DNA of 63,438 nucleotides, filler included, from Craspedostauros australis (GCA_030167865.1; 19 parts of 19 records of this genome joined end to end with filler, not necessarily neighbours in it), one strand, 5' to 3'. Numbered from the whole stretch's first letter, positions 36,301 to 49,091 are shown. Made by a program: numbers and translations. The notes: generated by a model from the letters alone, not told the origin.

Positions 36301-36982
36301 GGGACGGATGATAAGGGTGAGGAGGAACATGCTGCGAAAGCAGACAGGGCAACTAAGAATCGGACTACAGAACTTCGGAGGGCTGAGAAGCAAAGCAGGC
36401 GATGTAGATGAAGGGCTGAAGAGATGGATGAATGAAGGGGAGTTCGACATCTTCGGAATAACGGAGGTGAACGTGGATTGGAGAACGACAACGACAGAGA
36501 ACTCACTCAAAGGAAGGATACAAGAGTGGTGGCCCACAGGTACGGCAGTGGCACGAACGGCGAACAACCAAACCAGCGAACCCGTGAATGGGAAACAATG
36601 GGGAGGAGTCGCTATGATTAGCAGATTCCAAGCAGCAATACGAATAATGGATCAAGGGGAAGACGGCACGAAACTGGGAAGATGGGTATGGCAACGATAC
36701 CGAGGAGCACAACAACAAACGCTACGAGTGGTGACGGCATACAGACCGTGCAGGCCACGAAGCAAAGGGTTCCTGAATACACANGCACAGCAACGAAGAT
36801 ACTTCAACGAGCGGGATAAAGACAGGGAGCCAAGAACAGCGATGATGGAAGATCTGCAAAAGGAAATCATAAAGTGGCGAAACGATGGAGATCACATTAT
36901 AGTGATAATGGACTGCAACGAAGACACGGATTCAACCACAATGACAAGATTCAGAGCAGCAACAGGGCTTCACAACACTATG
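33314..36982 (+). mobile_element. Ambal-like LINE family A, copy 1 (ORF1 33381-36174 with frameshift at ~35966; ORF2 APE from 36131, truncated by contig end)
   Basis: ORF1 has a C4HC3 PHD-like finger and C-terminal coiled coil. ORF2 has LRIGLQNFGGL, DIFGITEVN, D..KLGRWVW, VVTAYRP, IMDCNE. Strongly purine-rich sense strand. Confidence 0.9.
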
Positions 36983-37082
36983 NNNNNNNNNNNNNNNNNN
37001 NNNNNNNNNNNNNNNNNNNNNNNNNNTTAATTAATTAANNNNNNNNNNNNNNNNNNNNNNNNNNNNNNNNNNNNNNNNNNNN

Positions 37083-40000
37083 ACACGAATAAACAAATCA
37101 AAGAAAGACAACAGACAGCAAAAATAACCAGTAAAACAACGAACCAACGATGACGACACCGAGGAGCAAGATGACGAGACCGTCAGGCCAAATGCCGATG
37201 GAAGCGTACATCCGAGGAGCAATCAACAACAACAAAACAACAGGAGTGGAGAGAAGAGAAGGAGAGGCGCAAGATGGATTGAGCAGGAGAAGAATTGGAC
37301 AGGAAACGGGCAAGAACGATGGAAAGCAAGGGAGAGGTGCACGAAAAGTCGAGTGCGCAGCGGGGAAGTACTGCAAGGGAAGAGGAAGGGCGGCAGCAGC
37401 AGTCAGGTGCATCACGTGCGGAGAGCCGGCACACAGAGAGTGCAGGGCATGGATTCGGCCAGAGGAAGGGCTGACAACACCAAGAGGGTTCCCGGTGATC
37501 TGCAACCAATGCATTGCAAAAGAAGGAATTGAAGTCAAAAAAGAGAAAACAGGACAGCAATACGTGGGATCATCGGAAGACGCCATCCGGAGAGCATTGA
37601 GCAAGAAGTGGGGCAAGATGAAGAACGCGAAAGGTAACGACGACAGCACGACGAAGGACGGAGAAGAACTGCGGGGAGAAGAGAGTGAGAAGGTAACACA
37701 GTCACAGGAACCGACAGCAAACGACGAGGATGGGGAAGCAGACGCAGAGGCAAGCGGAAAGCCAGGCGAGGAAGAAAGGGATGCAGAGAAAGCGGACGAC
37801 AGTAGTGAAGATGAGAACGAATGGACAGACGAATGGGAAGCGACTACAAAAGGAGGAGGAGAGGACGTGCAACGAGAGAAAGGAGGTGCAACAGGAGGGA
37901 ATAAGAAGAGGACGGCGAGAAGCCCACGACATGCGATGCAAGAGGAACAACCACACAAAAGGAAGGACCTGCGTAGAACGGGAGGAGAGAAGGAAGCTGA
38001 GGAAGCCAAACAAGAAGATGAAAGCGAGAACAAAGAGCAAGAAGGACCAAAGGAGAACGCAATCAACAGCAGCGGCGAAGAGGTACAACAAGAGGAGGCG
38101 GCGGAACCCCACAAACCGGAAGAAAGCATGGATTGTGATGATGCCACACAGGCAGGTAGCAATGAAAGTGGTTTGAACTGGAGGCGAACGGGCCGGGACG
38201 AGGCGGTGGAAACGAGGTACTGCGATGTACAAATGATGATAGAGGGAGGAGACGGGGCGAACGACGCGGGAACGGCGATTGACGCAGCCATCGCGTCATG
38301 CAAGGAGTTTCTACGATCGATTCAAAGAGTGAATGCGACAGCAAAGCTCATCCCATGGAACCCCTATGAAGATCAGACCATCGTCCATGCCATGGAGTCA
38401 TTTCCCACCGACATGACCAACCTGAAGAAATTCTTCAAAGGTGTACGACCGATCTACAAGGCAGCACGAGAGAAAGGATATTTGAAGGTGAAGATCGAAG
38501 CAAAAGGGCAGATCAGCAAAATCACAACGGAGCTGACTGACTACTTCCAGCACGTGGGAGGAAGATTCGAAGTAGCCAAAATACAGGCACCATCCACAAC
38601 GACGCTCGGTTGGCTGCTGTACTCCACACGACAGATTGACGCAGACGCCCTGGAAGAGGAGCTCACCAAGCTCGCGAAGACGCAGGTCGCCATCACGTGG
38701 AAACGGATCTCGGACGGCGAGAAATACGACCCGAACCGGGATACAAAGAAAGATCCCCGGGCGTTACATGTGGAGTCGAGCACAGAAGACAGAGCTTTGG
38801 TGGCAAAGGTACTCGAAGCGTACTACAGCACCCAGGCGAAGAAGTTCCCACTGGGGGTACGCATGCGGATCATTACACCTCTCTCAGGAATTGTCAATAC
38901 CGACATGAGGAAAGGGTGGTTTGAGCTGAGAGAAAGGTAGATGGAATGGTGCCTGAATGTGGTCGCAATGACAACATACGACATCATCCCGGAGTGCCTG
39001 CAGGAGATCCCGGAAGGATCGCACCTAACGCTTCGAGAGATGATCATGAGAATCAAGTCGACCTCAGGCAACGTCCGAACGCCTCTGTTCACCTCGGTGG
39101 ACAAACAGTGGAGAGGAAACGGATACGTGCTCCAATTCCACCCGGACAAAGCGGCGGAAGCCAGAATGGTCGTGAAAGGGCTGCTGGTAAGACTGACTGC
39201 CGACTACGGGAGTGATGTGGAACGAGTGTTCACTTCAATGGCCCGCGTGGAATCAAGGACGATGCGATGGGACGAAGAGTCCAAACGAGTGATCTCGGAA
39301 AAGGACAAAGAGGTCGAAGCGGCGATGACTATCGACGAGGACATGCACTTCATAACAGACAAGACACAAGAAGAGTCCAGCGACGAGGAGGAGGAGAGAT
39401 TCGAGAGCAACGTCAGAAAAGAGAAAGACTACGGAGAAGAGGACACGATTCCATCCATGAGAGACAAGAAGGCATGGCGAAAAATCAAGGAGACGAAGAC
39501 AGCACAAAGAAAGAGAGCGCAGAAGAAGAAGGAGGAGGAGGCTTCGGTAGCATCATCTATCACAGAAGGAAGCAGACAGACCACAGGAACACAACGAGAG
39601 AAAGTGGCGATACTGCAAGAACAGATGGGGAAAATACTGGAAGCGAGAGCACAAGGGTCAGTAACATCGACACTCTCGGGAAGCACAGGCCGAACGACAG
39701 GAACGACAAGGGCGATGATGGCATCGATGCAGAGGCAGATGGAGGAGATGCAAAGAATGTTGATATCAACGAATGAGGAGAATGCAAGACTCAGGTCCGA
39801 GAGGCAAGATATGCAAGAACGGACGGATGTAAGACCACCGACGGTCCAGTGCGATACATCAGCCATCAGAATGGGTGACAACCAGGACGAGGTGCACGAC
39901 AATGAAGGGAACGGGGAACCGCAAGGTGACCCGGAGAAGGGTTAGACCAACAGGGCAAGATCGACAGCCAGTGGAAGCACGGCGACCGCATCAGAGCCCG

Positions 40001-41301
40001 CAACGAGCGCCCACGGACGATAATGTCATACCGCGACAGCAAGACCGTGGAAACGATGAGGGAAGCAGAGGGGGAAGGATGATCAGGGTGAGGAGGAACA
40101 TGCTGCGAAAGCAGACAGGGCAGCTAAGAATCGGACTACAGAACTTCGGAGGGCTGAGAAGCAAAGCAGGCGATGTAGATGAAGGGCTGAAGAGATGGAT
40201 GAATGAAGGGGAGTTCGACATCTTCGGAATAACGGAGGTGAACGTGGATTGGAGAACGACAACGACAGAGAACTCACTCAAAGGAAGGATACAAGAGTGG
40301 TGGCCCACAGGTACGGCAGTGGCACGAACGGCGAACAATCAAACCAGCGAACCTGTTCATGGGAAACAATGGGGAGGAGTCGCTATGATTAGCAGATTCC
40401 AAGCTGCAATACGAATAATGGATCAAGGGGAAGACGGCACGAAACTGGGAAGATGGGTCTGGCAACGATACCGAGGAGCACAACAACAAACGTTACGCGT
40501 GGTGACGGCATACAGACCGTGCAGGCCACGAAGCAAAGGGTTCCTGAATACACACGCACAGCAACGAAGATACTTCAACGAGCGGGANAAAGACAGNGAG
40601 CCAAGAACAGCGATGNTGGAAGATCTGCAAAAGGAAATCATAAAGTGGCGAAGCGACGGAGATCACATCATAGTGATAATGGACTGCAACGAAGACACGG
40701 ATTCCACCACAATGACAAGATTCAGAGCAGCAACAGGGCTTCGCAACACTATGGAGAACGCAGGCAACGACGTGCGACGGATGCCAACTCACCGCCTTGG
40801 GAAGGTACCGATCGACGGGATATTCGCAACCGCAGCCGTGAAAGTGGAAGGAGCCGGAATGAGCAACTGGGATGAAGGAATACAAATGCGACAGGCAGAC
40901 CACCGATGCCTGTGGATAGACATAAGCATGGAGGCAGTGCTGGGACAATCAATGGCGAAGCTGAGGAAAGCAGTGACAAGGCGAGTGAAGACGGAAGACC
41001 CAAGGATCGTCGATAGATTCAACATTGCCTACGCAAAGCATCTGAAACTGCACAAAGCAAGGAGGAGAGCATTCCGATTGGAACGACAAGCAGCAACAGA
41101 ATGGACGACGGACATGGAGAAAGAAGCAGAACGGTTGGATCGAATCAGAATAGAAGGGATTTGGAAAGCCGACAAAGCTTGTCGAAGGTTGAGAATGGGA
41201 GGAATCCCGTATTCCAGGGAGTATAAGGCTGTCGAAGCCCGGATAGGCATGTGGAACAACATCGTCAGAAAAAGGAAAGGAGCCAACATTTCGTCCACCA
41301 C
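37083..41301 (+). mobile_element. Ambal-like LINE family A, copy 2 (ORF1 37150-39945 with in-frame TAG at 38938; ORF2 from 39902, complete APE domain, truncated before RT)
   Basis: Near-identical to copy 1. APE continues through PTHRLGKVPIDGIF and ADHRCLWID. Confidence 0.9.
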
Positions 41302-41401
41302 NNNNNNNNNNNNNNNNNNNNNNNNNNNNNNNNNNNNNNNNNNNNTTAATTAATTAANNNNNNNNNNNNNNNNNNNNNNNNNNNNNNNNNNNNNNNNNNN
41401 N

Positions 41402-42602
41402 GGGCATGTCTCTGTTGGGTGCGATGGTGATCACATGTCACAATGACACATTCACTTATCGCTTCATCGATATCATTGTGAAGGGAAGGCCAACTCAAGA
41501 CACCCTCCAAGTTGGCGGGCTTCTCGAAATTGTGCAACAACAGGTGAGAAAAATTCTTCCATCGGTCACCGAAATTGTCATCCANTCCGATAACGCGTCT
41601 TGTTTCGCGAGCCATGAGCACATCCCACTGATCACATCAGTGCTGAACAAGAACCTTGGAATGCGAAATGTCCCCAAGATTGCGGCCTGGATCTACACCG
41701 AAGCCCAAACAGGTAAAGGTCGCCTTGACACGCACTTTGCATACATCACTGTTGTATTGCGAGCGTATGTGCTGGAGGACAATGACATCAAAACGGAACA
41801 CCAACTTTTCGATGCATTGGAAGCTGGCAACATTGCAGGAACGACCACGGTTTTGGTGGATGCAGAATGCCTCGAGGGGCGTGTCCTGAGTTTCCCTGGC
41901 ATGCCAAAGAAGCGTTTCTGCGCGAAAGGGCAAAAGGTACGCCAAACGCACGAGATCAAGTTTGGAGAAGACGAGGCCAAATTGGTGGCGGCATCCGGTG
42001 TCACAGACGATGTTCTTGTCCAGTGTGCTGAATGGAAAGAATGGGAAAATAACCAGCTGGGCATCCGCACCATCGCAACGCACATGTCAGGAAAGGAACC
42101 GTTCACCGCAGAATCACCAAAGAAGAAGAAGAAGAAGATGCGAAAGCGGGGTGCTACCGCAGTGGAGAGCAAAGCACTCGTCTTTCGTGACGCACTGAAC
42201 ATGGGGCAAGGAGAGCTACCGCACAACCACACCGCTGAATTGAAAGACCAGACCGCGGAAGCAAAAATCCCTCGACTCGCGGTGAAGGGCTGGGCAGTGA
42301 AAACCACGCGCAGCAACGCGGAGTTACCACGGTACGTACTGCAGAAATTGGATGAAATGAGCACGGCCGCCAAAAATGACCCCAAAAAATCGACCAACAG
42401 AACACGAAGCGCACCGCCGATTGATGGAGCTGGAGGGAACAGAGACTGATTGGTTCACGCAATTGCACGGAAGTCCAATGCGTGTGAAATCGCACCTGAC
42501 CGCGGCGTACTACAGCTCACAACGAGACGCGAAGAAAACAGCCACGGCAGCAGGTACGACCAACAACAACAAAAAAAACGGCATCAGGATCATCACCATC
42601 AC

Positions 42603-42674
<72 letters not shown>
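41402..42674 (+). mobile_element. DDD transposase fragment, Sola3-like (5'-incomplete; frameshifts in A-runs near 42385 and 42575)
   Basis: GMS...QDTLQV...IxSDNASCF...YTEAQTGKGRLD...AYVLEDNDIKT...GWAVKTTRSN follows the remembered Sola3 pattern (RSDNAGCY...SEAQxGKxxCD...GWALK). Confidence 0.65.
42604..42674 (+). repeat. (AACAGC)n hexamer microsatellite, about 12 units, running into contig end
   Basis: Directly visible. Confidence 0.95.
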
Positions 42675-43130
42675 NNNNNNNNNNNNNNNNNNNNNNNNNN
42701 NNNNNNNNNNNNNNNNNNTTAATTAATTAANNNNNNNNNNNNNNNNNNNNNNNNNNNNNNNNNNNNNNNNNNNNTGGCTTTCACCGATTCGTGGATGAAG
42801 CGGGCCAGGCACGCGCGTGGCATCGCGCATCTCCGTTGACTGGTTGGATTGTACTATTGGAGGGGTTCGAGTGGCTATTTTTTGGCGTGGCCGGCGGCTT
42901 CAGCCAATCAAATGGATTACATTTTATCACTGGCACGAGCAAGCCATCCCATTGAAGGGTGAATTGAGGGGAGTTTGGGTCATTTCTCCCAAGCTTTGTT
43001 GCGCTTTGAGTTCTCATTTGAAACCGTGTGGCGCAGATGATCTGTTCCGTGTCGGATCGATTCTCGTTGTGAACGCTGACAGAGGTGGTGGGATTGCGAG
43101 GTTGGTTTCGCGCGAGGAATTGTGGAACTT

Positions 43131-44206
43131 AGTTAGGATTCGGGCGTAGTTGGCGCGAATCGGTGGAGGATGCCTTGTGAATCTGCCGGCTTCGAGATAG
43201 CCGTGTAATGCAGTTCAAGAGAGGTGTATTGATTGAAGAGTTGTTACTGTAACAATGAGTAGAAGAGTGCTTTGTAGCTAATCCTTGTCTGTTTGTTATG
43301 AGTTAGCTTGTAGTGTTAGTAGGGTGAAGAAACAATGCCACACAACTTGGTGAGACTCTGCACTGATGTACTTGGTTCAGTGCTTGAGGGTAGACAATCA
43401 TTACAGTTCCTTGCTCTCCTCACACGTAGATACACTGCAGTGTAGGTCATGACATCTGATGGTGACGGTCATGAAGCAGTGGCTGTGGCTGGAGCTGACC
43501 CTCGGATTCCATTGCTCGAGTTGAAGCAAGTTGGATACACACGTTGAGACTATGGCAGTGATGCAGTAGTCGTCAGCATGAAGGGAATCGAGGTATGTTG
43601 TAGTAAGAGGATCTGAGGAGCATATAGTTCCCAAGGTGAGATGTGAGTCAGGTCGGTCATGCTTGAGTCATGACGGATTCGTGAATGGAGGAGAGAAGGG
43701 AGGAGAAAAGATTTGGTGGTCGATCAAGTCGGAAGATTTCGCGCCAAAACAAGAATTTCTCCCATCGGGTTGATACCGTGTCCGGTAATAGTCTGTCCCT
43801 TATTGAATCTCAACTCTCCCTCTCAGTGTTGGGTCGTGATTGAGCTGTGGTATCAATGAAAACTTCATCATTTGTTGTTGTTAGTCGTTACCAACCCATG
43901 ATCTTGGATCGTAGGTATTCAAAGACCGCGATGGATAGCCCCTTCGTAAAGATGTCGGCGAGTTGCTCCGGCATGGCGATGTGCTGGATGCAGATGAAGC
44001 CCGCCTTGACCCAGTACCAAAAGAAGTGCCACTTGGTTAGGAAGTGTTTGGTGCGCGCGGTCGGCTGATGATTGGTGGCAAGGGAAATGCAGGCTTGGTT
44101 GTCCTCAAAGACAGTGCACTGGAGGTTGGTATGCAGCGGCATGTTGGTGCCCGCGTTGTCAATCACCTGGCAGATGAGCTGTTGGATGGGGATCAATGTT
44201 CGCATC
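43131..44206 (-). mobile_element. Ty1/Copia (CoDi-like) 3' end: RNase H (43888-44206), PPT (43816-43824), putative LTR (43131-43815)
   Basis: VFEDNQAC...RTKH...EQLADIFTKGL...IMGW*, then GAGAGGGAG PPT. Reverse complement of 49460-50515. Confidence 0.9.
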
Positions 44207-44306
44207 NNNNNNNNNNNNNNNNNNNNNNNNNNNNNNNNNNNNNNNNNNNNTTAATTAATTAANNNNNNNNNNNNNNNNNNNNNNNNNNNNNNNNNNNNNN
44301 NNNNNN

Positions 44307-44724
44307 CGGATGAGCCCCTGCTCTCCAAAGCTGCCCAGATCGAGGTTGGAGGGGAGATTCGAAGATCACAAGGAGATCATCAGCAGGGACAGAAGCCAGA
44401 AGACTTGCAGATACTGTTCTTATCTTAAAGCAAAAGCAAAGCTCGAAGGGAGGCCAGCACATGATCCAAGCAGAGTCAGAAGGATGTGCAGTGTGTGTGG
44501 AATCCATGTCTGTAAGCTGCACTGGAATGTATTTCATGGGAAGGATGATGAGAGTACAATCAACTCTGACGAAAGTGAACTGACAATTACAGTCTAAAAT
44601 CCAGTTTAGAGACAATACAGAACTAGTTTTCATACGTAGGACATGGTAGGAAAAAGCCGTAGAAATTTAACACGGAGGCTTTATAATGGATCTGATAGAT
44701 CCTTTATGGCTGGTCCATTAAGGG
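44307..44724 (+). mobile_element. piggyBac-like transposon 3' end (Cys-rich C-terminal domain to stop at 44597, putative terminus ...CCATTAAGGG at 44724)
   Basis: H...CxxC-x23-CxxC-x4-C-x2-H-x4-H typical of the piggyBac CRD. AT-rich 3' UTR, hairpin GGATCTgatAGATCC and GGG end, followed by an abrupt switch to GC-rich sequence. Confidence 0.65.
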
Positions 44725-44787
44725 ATACTCACATGTACATCTCGACACAAGGGGCTGGACGGATCTGTCCATGCCTTCTCTTCAGCC

Positions 44788-45524
44788 ATGCTTCCAAAGC
44801 CTGCAACTGCGCCAGCAGCAGGCTTTGCCCATCCATTTGGTGGCCCAATGCCACCTCAGCCTCATGGTGGTACAGCTGGTGGTCAGCAGCCTGCTCCATT
44901 TGGATCTCCAAGTCTCCATCATGGCGCCTTTGCGACTCCTCCTGCCACCAACCACTTCGCTGGGCAGGTGGACGCCTTGCGGCAGCAGATGGAACGCGAG
45001 GCTGCAGCGTGCATCGCTCAGGCCCAAGAGGAAGCCGGAAGACCCGTGCCGAATGCGAGGCTCTCCTGCGTCAAGCAAAAGAGCGCTCTCATATGGACAC
45101 CCAAGCGAAGGCGCAGTTGGAGTGCGAAGCGACGGCGAAGTTTGCACAAATGCGCAACGAAGTTGCTGCGCCCGAATTTCGTGCCAACTCGCGCATGGCG
45201 GTGCTCGAGGAGCAGCTGCGCACGGCTTGGAACTTGGAGGCCACGGCAGCTGCCAATCCCAGCCTGCGGTCTCCCAGTGGGAGCATCCCCGATGGCGCCG
45301 TCAGTTCCTCCCAATCCAGCAGCCAGGAGAGTGTTGCCACGCACACCATCGAGATGGAGATGGTGGGCCTGACTGGAAGTGTGCGCCCCCGCAACGATGA
45401 AGATGCTCCACGCCGCGATGAAGTGATCCGCAGCTGCGTGGGCGATTTGGGTGCATGCGGCAGTGGAACTGGCGAATTGAGTGGCAGCGTGGTGTCCACA
45501 GATGGGCGAACAGAGCACGCATAA
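44788..45524 (+). pseudogene. Frameshifted Pro/Gly-rich plus coiled-coil ORF remnant
   Basis: A coiled-coil-like reading (DALRQQMEREAA..QAQEEA / RAECEALLRQAKER...) switches frame near 45035. No family recognised. Confidence 0.35.
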
Positions 45525-45640
45525 AATGAGAGCACACCGCNNNNNNNNNNNNNNNNNNNNNNNNNNNNNNNNNNNNNNNNNNNNTTAATTAATTAANNNN
45601 NNNNNNNNNNNNNNNNNNNNNNNNNNNNNNNNNNNNNNNN

Positions 45641-46838
45641 GGAAGGACACGACAAGAGCGGGCACGAGATGGTGCTCTCGGCAAAGGACTTGCCACTCTG
45701 CATGTTGGTGTCCGACGACTACATCGAAGACTCCTTCTTCGATAACTTCGAGTGCGTCGGAAGTGACGACGAAGTGCAGGACGATGAGATCGTCCCAGAG
45801 TGGCTCAGCGAGGAGCCCATCATCCACGAGGTGGATCCAAGACGCGAAGTGAGCTACGAATGCTGCTTCAACGCAAACGACCTGATCGGTTCATACGGCG
45901 ACGGAGCCGAGATGGGCAGCGAGGCCAACGATAGCGACATCGAAGAGGCCATGAGCGAAGAGGCCGACGACCAGATCAACGACAATGATAGAGGCCAAGA
46001 CGAAACGAACAGCGGCGCGGCGCCGCCTCCTCCAGCAGCGGGGAACAACAGATCGGGCATCTTCGACGAAGATGACAGCGACGAATCCGAAGACGGCAAT
46101 CATCCAGATGACAGCTTCAACCCAAACGAGCGCGTCGTCTATCCAAGAGATATCGACTTTCCACCGATTGAGAATCCCAACCAGTCCAACTTCCTCCATC
46201 GTCATGACACTGTCCCATATGCAACAGAAACAGCATTGGTGATTCAGAAGCAACTCATCTTCGATGCCGTAATGGAAGCAGGAACGAACCTCTTCCCAGG
46301 GCACGTTCAAGGAGTGCTCAGACCGATATGGGTGAACATGATGGGGTCCATCCTGTCCGAGAACTTCAGATCAATCGAAGAGATTCTCGCCAATTCGGTC
46401 GTCATCAACCGCATACTCGAAGCGAACGAGACAGAGACGATCCCAGAGACGGATCTACACTACATCCTTGGAGGATGCATGCGTGTGCTCCTGCGCGAGC
46501 GATCACGCGTCCATCCATACGATCCAGCCACAGGATCACATCGAAGCAACACGATTCCATCGGACTACGCGCAACTACCCGACAACATGGATGACGAGGA
46601 ACATCACAATCCATACAACGAAGATGGAGTTCACCAAGATGACGATGACGGCAGCTTCAACGACGAGATAGCTGCGGCAGCCGTGGAGCAGCTCCACGAG
46701 CTGAGCACCAAGCACAAGGACAAGGTCAACAAAGACACCTGGCTCGCCGACAGCGGAGCTTCGTGTCACATCGTCAATTCAGACGCCGCTCTCTTCAATG
46801 TGCGGCACATCAAGTCATTCGTCCAAGTGGGAGACAGC
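45641..46838 (+). mobile_element. Ty1/Copia gag-pol fragment: long acidic spacer then aspartic protease start
   Basis: Open frame across the contig ending KDTWLADSGASCHIVNS...VQVGDS, a Copia protease signature. Confidence 0.85.
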
Positions 46839-46938
46839 NNNNNNNNNNNNNNNNNNNNNNNNNNNNNNNNNNNNNNNNNNNNTTAATTAATTAANNNNNN
46901 NNNNNNNNNNNNNNNNNNNNNNNNNNNNNNNNNNNNNN

Positions 46939-49091
46939 GTGACTCTTCCACTGTTGATGACGTACGTAGGACCAGTACAAAAACTTTTACGTAGAACACG
47001 TAGAAACACTACTAGCACAAAGTTGTTGACAATGGTGCGCACAGACGACCAAAACGATGTTGGCAAAGCCAACCAGACCCCTCGAAAGCAATCGACAATG
47101 GGACGAGGACGTTCAGGAAGAGGAGGCCGTCAGGCCCGTGGTAAAGGCGCTCATGGGGGAGGCCGAGGAGGGAAGAGGCAGGCCAGAGACTCACCGACCA
47201 AAAAGTCTCCAAAAAAGGGTGCGATCCAAAACGAGAACCGTTGGATTTGGAGCCACCAGCACGAAAGAAGCTGGGGAGACATCCTCAGAGAGAGAAACTT
47301 GATGACCCGCGGAACAGAGCCGTTCACTGCAACCACCGGTGAAGATGGAGCGCTTGACGAGTCGATCGCCTTCGTGAGAGAGATGAGCGACGAGCTAGCA
47401 GACGGAGCAACCTTGGAACAATGGAAGGTGCTCTTTGAGGACGCGTACGATAACAAATTACCAGCGGAATCCAACCTGCAGGTGATCCAAGTCATGGTGC
47501 GGTTGGTGGCCACTTCGAACATCTTCTCGTCCTCAATGTGGAAATTGGGACAAATCAAAGCCACACACGAGACATCGGCTTGGATCGCCGCCCGAGTGGT
47601 GTTCATGCAAGTGAAAGGAATCCGGTTCGACGACGACGAGGACAAGGATGAAGCGCAAGCAACCTCCCCGAACCCGTCTTCGAAGAAGAAGTCGCGCAAG
47701 CCACGCAGGAAGGTCATGGCGTACCCACGGAAGGCCCCACAGGCCAGGGAACTTCAGAGCGTAAACGACGTCTTGAGCGACTTCCACAAAACGTTCTTCG
47801 ACGTGCGTCTACCGATGTCCAGGGAGGGCAGCGAAACCCCATTGGTGCAAGTCATCGCGAGCCTCAACGCCCTCAGAGCATTCATCTTCCGTGCGGACTC
47901 TAAAGCGCAAATTCTGGCGTGGCGGAAAAGCAAAGAACTACGGCCCTGGACGGTAGCAGATGTGGCCTGGACAAACAGGGAGACACTGAAACAGTTCGTG
48001 GAAAGTCTATACGCCCGGACTGGGTTCATGACTTACACCCGCATCTGGGTGGCCCACAAACAAGACCTGGACGTGTTCGAGGACGACGGCACCCTGGCAG
48101 CAGCTGCGATTTCCTTCCGCAAGTCCGACATCCAAGAACACAATGTCGTCGCGGCAGGNNNNNNNNNNNNNNNNNNNNNNNNNNNNNNNNNNNNNNNNNN
48201 NNNNNNNNNNNNNNNNNNNNNNGAGCTGGTGAAAAACCAATTCGTGGTTCAGCTTCGGGTGAGGGAAATCCAGCTGGTCAGAAGGCGCGGCCGCAGACCA
48301 GACACGGACGACTTCCGGAACCGACCCAGGGCGACCCACATCATGTGCGGGGAATCCAAGGCAAGGGTGTGTCGCGTGGCGATGAAGGAGATGTTCAATC
48401 ACAGAGCGGACACCGTCCGTCTCTTGGGAAAGCAGATGCGTTTCATGCCAGATGCCCTTGACCAGAGATTCCACCATCCTCCGTCGGAACTCGCAAACCT
48501 GAGCTCGATGGTGGCGCACCAAGTGGCGTTCGAGAAGAAGATGATGTCTCAAGGCGTCTACTCCATCATGCAGCTGGATGTCGAAGTGCCTATCTGGAAC
48601 CTCACACTCCGCGAGGTGGTCATGAACCTGCGCTCCTTTGAAGACCCGGACTACACACTATTTGTGTCAGTGGACACGGACAAAGCGGACCGCAACAGGA
48701 CCTTCTTTGTGTTCCATCCCAAACGACAAGTGGAGGCCAGAGAGCTGATCTCGAAGCTCCCATTTTTCTGCAGCAAGAAGCTCGATCACAAGTGCCAAGG
48801 CTGGTTCACACCAGAAGCCTGGGCGCAAAACGAGTTCTACGACGTGGACTGGGAAACTGGACTTGTGAGAAGCAAAGAGGAACTCGAAATGGGACAGCTA
48901 GCGCAGGCAGGAGCACACTTCCTGGATCTGGATGAAGAAGAGATGATCGGCCTAACTGCGGCAGATGTCGGGTGGGAAGGCTACGTCGACGAGAACGGAA
49001 AAATGAAGCCCGTTCCGCTTCTGAAATTTGAAGTGGAAATGACGTCGAACCCCAGAATCCAAAACGGAGACAACGGTACGGTGGCAACCTT
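46939..49091 (+). mobile_element. Ambal-like LINE family B, apparently intact ORF1 (ATG 47098; internal N gap 48159-48222; 3'-incomplete)
   Basis: RGG-rich N-terminus. Core aligns by eye with family A ORF1 (RPRATHIMC/DPRALHVES, LLGKQMRF/PLGVRMRI, LTLREVVMNLRS..LFVSVD/LTLREMIMRIKS..LFTSVD, FHPKRQVEAR/FHPDKAAEAR). Its degenerate copy at 27559 is followed by APE. Confidence 0.82.

Noticed and set aside
38938..38943. Programmed stop readthrough (TAG ATG) in LINE ORF1
   Set aside because: The sister copy has CAG here, so a simple C>T nonsense mutation is more parsimonious.
42450..42722. Poly-His/poly-Gln protein
   Set aside because: Alternative-frame reading of the AACAGC microsatellite in the transposase tail.
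43848..43867. TGGTATCA (tRNA-Met PBS-like) within the 20-bp indel
   Set aside because: Wrong strand and position for a PBS (next to the PPT, not after a 5' LTR); only 8 nt.
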